Below, in pieces: positions 10,797 to 18,989 of a stretch of DNA of 64,000 bases. Position 1 is the stretch's first letter. The number at the start of each line of letters is the position of its first letter. The stretch is from Thermodesulfobacteriota bacterium (GTDB lineage Bacteria; Desulfobacterota; Desulfobacteria; Desulfobacterales; SURF-7), in the NCBI GenBank assembly GCA_049320885.1, contig JBMORA010000050.1:1-64000 (forward strand), in the 5' to 3' direction. The notes under the pieces are model-generated. The model saw only the letters and a list, made by a program, of their open reading frames with translations. It had not been told where the DNA came from and did no database searches. The translations under genes were made by a program, and so were the position numbers.

Positions 10797-10993
10797 TGAA
10801 AAAGATCGATGAAAATTACCAGCGCATAGCCGACGATAAGCGCACATTCGATATCCGTTTCTGGCAAAGCCAAGGAGATCTTGCCATTTTCGAGGCAGTT
10901 ACGGAAATGCTTAATGATTATTTTTTAATACGAGGGAAAAATGCTGACGAGTCCAGACTTCAAAGAACTGTTGAACATTTTAGAAAAGCATAA
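10793..10993 (+). CDS. Small hypothetical protein, upstream partner of the nucleotidyltransferase (TA-like pair)
   Basis: FDIRFWQ...RLQRTV pattern; overlaps the downstream NTase gene by 53 nt. Confidence 0.6.
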   Translation: MMKKIDENYQRIADDKRTFDIRFWQSQGDLAIFEAVTEMLNDYFLIRGKNADESRLQRTVEHFRKA

Positions 10994-11288
10994 GGTTCGA
11001 TATCTTATTGTTGGCGGCTATGCGGTAATGAAATACAGCGAGCCACGATTTACAAAAGATCTTGATGTGTTCATAGCGACTGATCAAGAAAACGCAAAAA
11101 GCGTTTATTCGGCGTTGAAAGAATTTGGTGCGCCGCTGGAGAATTTGACTTCTGAAGATTTTACTCATGAGGGATATTTCTATCAGATGGGAAGACCGCC
11201 TTTGCGCGTCGATATCATGATGTCAATCCCCGGAATTGATTTCGATTCCGCATGGAAAAACCGTTTGGAAAAGATTGATAATAAATAG
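10941..11288 (+). pseudogene. Minimal nucleotidyltransferase-family protein, apparently C-terminally truncated
   Basis: YLIVGGYAV....PRFTKDLD NTase motif. Ends right after AWKNR and lacks the K...GR..D..D tail recalled for this family. Confidence 0.6.
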
Positions 11289-11463
11289 TTTCCTTGCGGT
11301 TGGCGGGCATCGCAATGCAAGCGGCATGAGGTGGGATTTCATTTTCCGGTAATGGTTATTTTGATTTGACTTATCCGTCCGAAATCGATAAAACTATTTA
11401 AAAATAAACGGTTCCATAGCGTCGCGAAATCCTGCGAAATCAATCTGTATGAGGAGCGTCTTC

Positions 11464-12141
11464 ATGAAGCGGTCTTTGTTATGGGGTATTTGTATTGGTG
11501 TTTTGTGTCTGCGATGCGCCGGAGTCCCCACCAGCGGCGTCGCGGATCGACGGCAGAAGTATATGGAGCTTTCCGTGTCCTTCAATACCAAGGAATATCC
11601 CTGGATACTCGGAACCAAGTATCCCCAGATGGCCATATGGGTGGAATCCGCAACCGATCCGGCCAGGACGGTTTTCGCCACGGAAATGGGCGCGAAAAAC
11701 AGCTGGCATTTCGCCAGCGAGCGTCCCTCGTCGCTCCCGGTCTGGTATGGTGTCGTGGAAAAAGAAACCGATCTGAACATTGACGCCGTCTCCGGGGCCA
11801 CGCCCTCGGGGGAGGTGCATACCTTCCTTTGGCAGATTCCGGAACAGCTGCACGGGAAAACCATCAGCCTGTATGTAGAGGCCAACGTCAGCTTCGATTA
11901 CAACCAGTATTACAACAAGGATGAAAGCACCCCGGGGTTCAGTGATGTCAACGGGCAGCCGTCCATGGTCTGGAAAGCGGTTTTCACCGCCGACGACCGC
12001 TCCAGGGAAATAACGCCTGAAATCGCCGGTCACGGCCATGTGCTGGGAGAGGACCATCGAATCGATCCGGATCTTTCCCAGATCACCACCGCCCGGGAGC
12101 TTTTCCATTATATTCATCTTCAATATGCAGCCGGACGGTAA
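11464..12141 (+). CDS. Exported/lipoprotein of DUF2271-like type
   Basis: Signal peptide ending LRC; PQMAIWVE, RPSSLPVW, IDAVSGATP motifs; GAGGAG RBS before ATG 11464. Confidence 0.7.
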   Translation: MKRSLLWGICIGVLCLRCAGVPTSGVADRRQKYMELSVSFNTKEYPWILGTKYPQMAIWVESATDPARTVFATEMGAKNSWHFASERPSSLPVWYGVVEKETDLNIDAVSGATPSGEVHTFLWQIPEQLHGKTISLYVEANVSFDYNQYYNKDESTPGFSDVNGQPSMVWKAVFTADDRSREITPEIAGHGHVLGEDHRIDPDLSQITTARELFHYIHLQYAAGR

Positions 12142-12165
12142 GACGTCCCGAAAGAGAATCCTTCC

Positions 12166-13065
12166 ATGACGGAAAGCAAGAGGCAGCAAACCGAAAGCCA
12201 GGCCGAAACCATGGCGGCGACCTTCATGAAGTCCGTTACCGACCTGTGGGAAAAATTTCCGCAGATTCTGCTCGATATGGCCCAAAAAAACGAAGCCGGG
12301 AGCAAGATCGATGCGGAAGGACCGGGGCAGAATTACAAGGCGTCGATGGATGCCGTTGTGAAAAACTGGCAGGCGGTTTCCGCGGCCATGACCGCGCCGG
12401 AATCGGTTCATTCGATTCTTAAAAGCGCCGGTGCCATGCCGGATATCCTGTTCAAGCTGGCCCAGAGCACCCTCGGCGGATTGGTCCATATCCAGCAGAA
12501 GTGGATGGAGCAGGCCACCCGGGTAACCGAGACCGCGGAAGCCTACAAATTCGAAAATCTGGATGAAAATATCCATCGAGCCTGGACGGAAATGTATGAA
12601 AAGGAATTTCGTCAGTTCTTGAACATCCCCAAGATCGGACTGACCCGTTCCTACCAGGAAAAACTCAATGCGGCGCTGGACAAGTACAACATCTATCAGG
12701 CGTCCATTTCGGAATTCATCCGTCTGCTCTCCCTCCCCGTCAGCCGGTCCACCACCGTGATGCAGGAAAAGATGAGCTCAATGGTGGAATCCGGCAAACT
12801 GCCCGAGGAATCCCAGCAGTATTATCAAATGTGGATCAAAATACTGGAGGGTCATTACATGACGCTGTTCCAGTCATCGGAATATGTGCAGACCCTGGGG
12901 AAAACAATGGATGCGATTTCCGAATTCACGGCCGCCAAGGATGCGGTGCTGGAGGATTTCCTGGGTAGTCTGCCCATCCCCAATCGCAAGGAAATAGATG
13001 GCCTGGAGCGGGAAATTTATGAACTGAAAAAACGTTTGCGGATGCTGGAGAAAAAGCAATCATGA
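12166..13065 (+). CDS. phaE: Class III poly(R)-hydroxyalkanoate synthase subunit PhaE
   Basis: IP.IGLTR..QE, YYQMWI...E..Y...F.S.EY, LPIPNRKEID.L.REIYELKKRLR; ATGA overlap with phaC. Confidence 0.85.
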   Translation: MTESKRQQTESQAETMAATFMKSVTDLWEKFPQILLDMAQKNEAGSKIDAEGPGQNYKASMDAVVKNWQAVSAAMTAPESVHSILKSAGAMPDILFKLAQSTLGGLVHIQQKWMEQATRVTETAEAYKFENLDENIHRAWTEMYEKEFRQFLNIPKIGLTRSYQEKLNAALDKYNIYQASISEFIRLLSLPVSRSTTVMQEKMSSMVESGKLPEESQQYYQMWIKILEGHYMTLFQSSEYVQTLGKTMDAISEFTAAKDAVLEDFLGSLPIPNRKEIDGLEREIYELKKRLRMLEKKQS

Positions 13066-14153
13066 CGCAGCCGAACATACCGGTGGACCTCATTCTCTCG
13101 AAACTGGCCAAGGATGCCGAAAGGGTTCAGGCCCGGGCCCAGAAAGCATCGGAGGTGTTGCTGGACGACCTGGATACATCCCTGGCCACCACGCCCTACG
13201 AGGTGGTCTATCAGGAAGACCGGGTCCGGCTGAAACATTACAAGCCCCGGACGGAGATTCAATACCAGACGCCGCTGCTGGTGATCTACGCCCTGATCAA
13301 CCGGGAAACCATGCTGGATTTGCAGCCCGGCCGCAGCGTGGTCCAGTCCTTTCTGGAAAACGGCATCGATCTGTACATGGTCGATTGGGGGTATCCCAGC
13401 CGCAAGGACCGGTTTCTCGGTTTTGACGACCACATCAACGGCTACCTGGACAACGTGGTCGATTTTGTCCGGAAACGGCATTCCGTGGACCGGATCAATC
13501 TCATGGGCATATGCATGGGCGGAACGTTTTGCGTCATCTACTCGGCCCTGTATCCCGATAAGGTCAAGAATCTCATCACCACGGTAACCCCCACCTGTTT
13601 CGACACCAACAAGGGGCTGCTGCATGTCTGGATGAAAGGCATCAATGCCGACCGGATGGTGGACACCTTCGGCAACATTCCGGCCGACATGATGAATTTC
13701 GGTTTTCTGCTGCTCAATCCCGCACGTCTGATGATCGATAAATATGTCGGGCTCATGGAAAACGTGGACAGTAAGATTTTTGTCGAAAACTTCGTGCGTA
13801 TGGAAAAATGGATTTTCGACAGTCCGGATCTGCCGGGGGAAGTGTTCCGGCAGTTCATCAAGGATTGCTATCAGGGAAATCTGCTCATCCAGAACAAGCT
13901 GGTGGTCGGCGGGGAGCGGGTTGACCTGTCGAAAATCACCATTCCCGTGTTGAATATTTATGGGAAATTCGATCACCTGGTGCCTCCGGAAGCCTGCGAA
14001 GGGCTGATCCGTCATGTCGGCAGCAGGGATGTGGAAAATCTCTGCCTGGAAACCGGCCATATCGGGATATATGTGAGCGCCAAATGTCAGAACGAATTCG
14101 TGCCCAAAATCGTTCGCTGGTTGAAGCAGCGTGATTCCACCGCACCGGAGTAG
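13062..14153 (+). CDS. phaC: Class III poly(R)-hydroxyalkanoate synthase subunit PhaC
   Basis: TTPYEVVY, PLLVIYALINR...LDLQP, lipase box GICMGG, MEKWIFDSPD, DHLVPP, GHIG (Cys-Asp-His triad). Confidence 0.95.
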   Translation: MTQPNIPVDLILSKLAKDAERVQARAQKASEVLLDDLDTSLATTPYEVVYQEDRVRLKHYKPRTEIQYQTPLLVIYALINRETMLDLQPGRSVVQSFLENGIDLYMVDWGYPSRKDRFLGFDDHINGYLDNVVDFVRKRHSVDRINLMGICMGGTFCVIYSALYPDKVKNLITTVTPTCFDTNKGLLHVWMKGINADRMVDTFGNIPADMMNFGFLLLNPARLMIDKYVGLMENVDSKIFVENFVRMEKWIFDSPDLPGEVFRQFIKDCYQGNLLIQNKLVVGGERVDLSKITIPVLNIYGKFDHLVPPEACEGLIRHVGSRDVENLCLETGHIGIYVSAKCQNEFVPKIVRWLKQRDSTAPE

Positions 14154-14217
14154 GTTGCCGGAATCCGGATCCAATGGAGAAGCGGATACCATCATTGTAC
14201 AATTCTCAGGAGTGGTT

Positions 14218-15264
14218 ATGGCTCAGGAAAAAGACTTTTTCACCCCTTTTTGTAAGGTGAGTCGGGCTTTCGGAACGGCAGCCACCAAAAGTGAGTTGCT
14301 TGACCTCATCGTGAAAAGCGCCATCGACAATATGGAGGGAAAGGCCGCCTGCTTGTTTCTGGCGGATGAAAAAAAAGACGTTTTCGTGCCGGTGGTCCAG
14401 AGCGGGTTGTCCTCGACCTATTTGCATGCAAGCCCGATTCGGGCCCGGAGGACGGTCAACGCCCTGGTGGATGATGGGTACCTGGCCATCAAGGACGCCA
14501 CCACGGATGAGCGCGCGGAAAATCATGCCGCCAAAAAAGCGGAGGGCATCGCCTCCATCCTGATCGTTCCGGTAATGGTCCGGGATCATCCCATCGGGGT
14601 GCTATCGCTCTACACCAGCGTGCAACGCGATTTTAATGAGGCGGAAATCAATTTCCTGAGGGCCCTGGCCGAACAGGGGGGCATGGCCATTGAAAACGCC
14701 CGGCTGCTCGAGCGGATCCAGAAGAACTCGCTGTTGTTCCTGGAACTGGCCGCCAGCATCAACTCCACGCTGGATATCAAGACGATTCTGAACAACCTGA
14801 CAGTTGAGGTTTGCGCCGCCCTCGGCATGAAGGGGGCCACCATCCGTCTCCTGGACCGGAAGACCAATGAACTGAAACTCGTGGCCAATCACGGCTTGAG
14901 CGAAAAATTTTTAACCACCTGTCATAAAGACATGGCGGATGCCACCAAGCCGGTTCTGGAGGGGGAAACCATCGCCATCACGGATATCAATACGGACCCG
15001 CGCATTCACATCAAGGAGTGCCTGGCCAACGAAGGCATCGGCGCCATGATCATCACGCCTGTCAAATCCAGGAACGAAATCATCGGCACGCTGAAGCTCT
15101 ACAGCGATCATCCGCGGCTTTTCCCCCCGGATGTCATCACCCTGGTAAAGGCGTTGGCTCATCAGGGCGGAATGGCGATCCATAACGCTTCCATGTATCT
15201 TGAAATACAGGAAGACAAAAACAACCTGGAAAAGGATATCTGGAGCCACCGATCCTGGTTTTAA
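14218..15264 (+). CDS. Tandem GAF-GAF domain protein with no output domain
   Basis: Two GAF repeats, ending F...EI.FL.ALA.QGG.AI.NA and FPPDVITLVKALAHQGGMAIHNA; AGGAG RBS before ATG 14218. Confidence 0.85.
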   Translation: MAQEKDFFTPFCKVSRAFGTAATKSELLDLIVKSAIDNMEGKAACLFLADEKKDVFVPVVQSGLSSTYLHASPIRARRTVNALVDDGYLAIKDATTDERAENHAAKKAEGIASILIVPVMVRDHPIGVLSLYTSVQRDFNEAEINFLRALAEQGGMAIENARLLERIQKNSLLFLELAASINSTLDIKTILNNLTVEVCAALGMKGATIRLLDRKTNELKLVANHGLSEKFLTTCHKDMADATKPVLEGETIAITDINTDPRIHIKECLANEGIGAMIITPVKSRNEIIGTLKLYSDHPRLFPPDVITLVKALAHQGGMAIHNASMYLEIQEDKNNLEKDIWSHRSWF

Positions 15265-15301
15265 GCCCCGGGGCGCAGTTGCGGGGGCCGTGGAATCCAT
15301 G

Positions 15302-15331
15302 AAAAAGGCAGGGGAATCCTCCCCTGCCTTT
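15302..15331. terminator. Bidirectional intrinsic terminator
   Basis: AAAGGCAGGGGA-atcc-TCCCCTGCCTTT between the convergent GAF and Hsp20 genes. Confidence 0.8.
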
Positions 15332-15396
15332 ACGGCTGCCGCAATATTTCCGGCTGCTCATGATGGATTGGAGTCCGACGTCACCATCCGTTTGAT

Positions 15397-15699
15397 CTAA
15401 TGAACCGCGATCTCCCTGGCGCCATCCATGACATCCTTGAACGGCACTTCAATTTGGAGCAAACCGTTGTCATATTTGGCATCCACGCTGTTGATGTTCA
15501 TCGGGCAGCAGAAGGCGCCGGTGGCGACATATTCCAGATCGTCCCGGGGAGCCGAAAGGAAAAAACTGTCTTCTTTCAGCCGCAACTGAATATTTTCCTT
15601 TTTTACCCCCGGAAGGGCCACTTCCAGGTGGAGCTTGCTGCCATCCTCGTCAATATAGGAGCATACATCCGGAGATGTTTTTCGTTTATCAGTGGTCAT
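15397..15699 (-). CDS. Small heat-shock protein (Hsp20/alpha-crystallin domain)
   Basis: LEVALPGVKKENI.L...AKYDNGLLQIEVP; AAAGGAGG RBS. Confidence 0.88.
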   Translation of the reverse strand: MTTDKRKTSPDVCSYIDEDGSKLHLEVALPGVKKENIQLRLKEDSFFLSAPRDDLEYVATGAFCCPMNINSVDAKYDNGLLQIEVPFKDVMDGAREIAVH

Positions 15700-15864
15700 G
15701 ACACATGCCTCCTTTCATCCCGCAATGCTGTCACGTTTTCATTCCTCTTTCCCGTCAACCGGGTGGGAACCCGGTTGACGGCCTGTCGGTCACATGGTCT
15801 TGCTTTCATGCCAGAAACATAACGCTGTTTGGGATGTTTTCAAGATGGCGGCAGCACTTTATTT

Positions 15865-15985
15865 TTTTGTTTTTCGAAAATTATTGGATAAAATTTTGTT
15901 TTCCGAAAAATATTTGCAGACATTTATGTTCGTTTATGGTAATAATATATTCGCCAAATGGCGGCCATTGTAGACGAAAACAAGT
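15865..15985. promoter_or_regulatory. AT-rich control region with repeated operator-like sites upstream of glpA
   Basis: 21-bp direct repeat, 19/21 identical (15865-15885, 15894-15914); TATGTTCGTT at 15925-15934 fits the GlpR half-site WATGTTCGWT. Confidence 0.5.
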
Positions 15986-16056
15986 ATATATTAATTATTT
16001 ATAGTGGTTATAATTTTTTCTAAAATGAAAATTCACCGAACAGACAGGGGGCGACT

Positions 16057-17673
16057 GTGATGATCCGGGAAACTGCGATGCCGCACCATGACAGTTCCGG
16101 TCCGGCGAGGCTTGAGACCCAGGTATTGATCATCGGCGGCGGCGCCACGGGAACCGGCCTGGCCCGGGACTTGGCCTTGCGGGGCGTTCATTGCGTGCTG
16201 GCGGAAAAAGAAGATATCAATGCCGGTGCCTCCGGAGCCAATCACGGACTGCTTCACAGCGGCGCCCGCTATGTGGCTTCGGATATTGAAGCGGCCAGGG
16301 AATGCAGGACCGAAGGAGAGCTGTTGAAGCGTCTGGCGCCCCATTGTGTCGAGGAGAACGGGGGGATGTTCGTGGCCGTGGAAGGCGACAACGAACAGTA
16401 CATTGCCGATTTCCCGAACATGTGCGCCGCCTGCGGCATTCCCACCCGGGAAATCGATGTCGCAACCGCCCGGGAGCTCGAACCGGTCCTGTCGAGCCGC
16501 TTGATTGCCGCCCATCTGGTGGAGGATGCATCTATTGATCCGTTCCGGCTGTCCCTCGAGAATATCGCCCATGCCCGGCAGCTCGGATGTGTTTTTTTGA
16601 GGGACACGGAAGTGGTTTCCTTCCACCGGCCGAAGGGTATCATTGAATCGGCGTTGCTGCGGAATCGCAAAACCGGCGAAGAAACAACGGTGGTTTTGGA
16701 TCAGGTGATCAATGCCGCCGGGGCCTGGGCAGGCCATGTGGCCTCCCTGGCCGGCATCCATATGGATATGATTTATTCAAAGGGCACGTTGCTGGTCACC
16801 CAGAAACGGTTGACCAGGCGGGTCATCAACCGGTTGCGGCCGGCCACGGATGCCGACATCCTGGTTCCGGGCGGAACCGTTTCCATCCTGGGCACCACGT
16901 CGGTGCGGGTGGCCTCGCCGGAAGGGGTCCGTCCCACGGTGGCGGAAGTCGATCTGATCATCGACCAGGGTGCCGCCATGGCGCCGGTATTGGAATCCAC
17001 GCGATATATCCGGGCGTACGCCGGTGTGCGTCCGCTCTTCGGTTCCCGGAAGGAAGGCGGCGATCGTTCGGTAAGCCGGGGATTCGCCCTGTTGGATCAC
17101 GCGGAAAATGGAATCGAAAATTTCATTACCATTACCGGCGGGAAATTGACGACATTCCGGTTGATGGCGGAAAAAACCGCCGATCTGGTTTGCCGGCATC
17201 TCGGGATATCCGCTGCCTGTGAGACCGCCAGGCTGCCGCTGCCCAAAACGGAATCCAGTCAATGGACCGAACCCGGGCTGGCGCCGAAAATATGGCTGAG
17301 ACACCGGGACCCCACCGACCATCTGCTCTGCGAATGCGACATGGTGCCCAAAAGCGTCGTGGAGTCCATCGCCAGCGAACTCGTCCGTTGCGGCGGCGGG
17401 CTGGATGTAAATGCCCTGGCCTTGCGCAGCCGGATTGGAAAAGGCCCCTGTCAGGGGGCGTATTGCAGTGTCCGCGTGACGGCTCATTTGTATGACTGCG
17501 GACTCCTGAGCGGGAACCAGGGTCTTCCCCTGTTGAGGGAATTCCTCCGGGAGCGCTGGCTGGGGCAGCATCCCCTGTTGTGGGATCTCCCGCTGGCCCA
17601 ATCGGAACTGATGCAAGCCATCCATTGCGGATTTTTCGGTATCGACCGGGATGCCGCCGGGGGTCGGGAATGA
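16057..17673 (+). CDS. glpA: Anaerobic glycerol-3-phosphate dehydrogenase subunit A
   Basis: IIGGGATG FAD motif, GANHGLLHSGARY, GGKLTTFRLMAE; C-terminal CEC...GPCQGAYC BFD-like 2Fe-2S domain. Confidence 0.93.
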   Translation: MMIRETAMPHHDSSGPARLETQVLIIGGGATGTGLARDLALRGVHCVLAEKEDINAGASGANHGLLHSGARYVASDIEAARECRTEGELLKRLAPHCVEENGGMFVAVEGDNEQYIADFPNMCAACGIPTREIDVATARELEPVLSSRLIAAHLVEDASIDPFRLSLENIAHARQLGCVFLRDTEVVSFHRPKGIIESALLRNRKTGEETTVVLDQVINAAGAWAGHVASLAGIHMDMIYSKGTLLVTQKRLTRRVINRLRPATDADILVPGGTVSILGTTSVRVASPEGVRPTVAEVDLIIDQGAAMAPVLESTRYIRAYAGVRPLFGSRKEGGDRSVSRGFALLDHAENGIENFITITGGKLTTFRLMAEKTADLVCRHLGISAACETARLPLPKTESSQWTEPGLAPKIWLRHRDPTDHLLCECDMVPKSVVESIASELVRCGGGLDVNALALRSRIGKGPCQGAYCSVRVTAHLYDCGLLSGNQGLPLLREFLRERWLGQHPLLWDLPLAQSELMQAIHCGFFGIDRDAAGGRE

Positions 17674-18971
17674 AACCGTCGGACGCCTGTAGCCATTGCG
17701 ATCTGCTGGTCATCGGCGCTGGTTTGGCGGGTTCGGCGGCGGCCTTGTATGCCGCAAACCGCGGGGTCCGGACCATCGTGGCCGGGATGACCGGGAATCT
17801 TCAATTCTCCAGCGGACTCCTGGATCTTCTGGGGCCGTATCCGTCCGCGTCCGCTTCGGAGCATTCCCGAAGCCCCTGGGAAGACATGGCCCGTCTGACG
17901 CTCGATGCTCCCGTCCATCCCTATGCTCGTGTCGCGCCGGCGGATATCCGCCGGGCGTTTGCGGAATTTCTGGCGTTCCTGGCGGATGCAGGTCTGCCGT
18001 ACAGCTGTGACCCGGAGAACAACGCCCGGCTCCTTACGTCGCTTGGCACCCTGAAAACAACTTACGCACTGCCGGTTTCCATGCGCCACAATGCAGCGGT
18101 CCTGGATCAAAAACAACCGTGTCTGCTGGTCGACTTCGAGGGGTTGAAGGGCTACAGCGCAAGACAGATCCGGGAGACCCTCGGGAATACCTGGCCCGGT
18201 CTTCGTTCCGTAAGGGTATCGGTGAATGCCGGCGATCGGGAATGGTTTCCGCAGCACCTGGCCCGCGAGCTCGAAAAGCCGGTGGTTCGCGAAAAACTGG
18301 CCGGAGCGATCCGCCGCCATCTGGTCGGCGAGACCGCCATAGGATTGCCGGCCGTATTGGGACTTTCCGCCGCGAACCTTGTATGTCAGGACCTTGCGGA
18401 ACAAGTGGGCGCGCCGGTCTTTGAAATTCCGATGCTTCCGCCTTCCCTGCCGGGTCTGCGCATGCAGGAGGCCCTGGAAAAACACCTTCCCGGCCATAAG
18501 GGAATCCGGACCCTGTTTCAACAGGAAATCCTGAGGGTGGACCGGGCGGAGGACCATACGTTCGTTTGCCAGGCCGGTGTGGATGAGCCCATGATCACCA
18601 TCAAGACCGAAGGGATCATTCTGGCCACCGGGCGATTTTTCGGCAAGGGGCTGCGGGCCACCCGCAAGGGGATTCGCGAGACGCTTTTCGACCTGCCGGT
18701 GAAACAGCCGGAAAGCCGCGGCCAGTGGCACCAGGAGGATTTGCTGCAAGGGAACGGGCATTCGATCAACCTGGCCGGCCTTGCGACGGACGAATTGTTC
18801 CGCCCCCTGGGGCACGACGGGCGACCCGTCTTCCGCAATCTGTTCGCAGCGGGCACCATTCTGGCCGGCCATGACTGGATGCGGCTGAAATGCGGCGGAG
18901 GTCTGGCGCTTTCCAGCGCTTACGGCGCCGTAAAGGCGTTTATGCAATCGAGAACTTCACCCGTCCCATGA
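17670..18971 (+). CDS. glpB: Anaerobic glycerol-3-phosphate dehydrogenase subunit B
   Basis: DLLVIGAGLAG, FSSGLLDLLG, HPY, EIPMLPPSLPGLR, ILATGRFFGKGL, NLFAAG..L...D...KCGGG; ATGA overlap with glpA. Confidence 0.9.
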   Translation: MKPSDACSHCDLLVIGAGLAGSAAALYAANRGVRTIVAGMTGNLQFSSGLLDLLGPYPSASASEHSRSPWEDMARLTLDAPVHPYARVAPADIRRAFAEFLAFLADAGLPYSCDPENNARLLTSLGTLKTTYALPVSMRHNAAVLDQKQPCLLVDFEGLKGYSARQIRETLGNTWPGLRSVRVSVNAGDREWFPQHLARELEKPVVREKLAGAIRRHLVGETAIGLPAVLGLSAANLVCQDLAEQVGAPVFEIPMLPPSLPGLRMQEALEKHLPGHKGIRTLFQQEILRVDRAEDHTFVCQAGVDEPMITIKTEGIILATGRFFGKGLRATRKGIRETLFDLPVKQPESRGQWHQEDLLQGNGHSINLAGLATDELFRPLGHDGRPVFRNLFAAGTILAGHDWMRLKCGGGLALSSAYGAVKAFMQSRTSPVP

Positions 18972-18989
18972 CGGTACCGGAAAGGCACT

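Larger units (their letters stand above)
7815..11290. mobile_element. Small decaying defence/TA island (AT-richer than flanks)
   Basis: Cluster of antitoxin remnant, R-M pair, RAYT transposase remnant and nucleotidyltransferase pair; visibly lower GC; genes at both edges truncated. No integrase or att sites seen. Confidence 0.6.
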
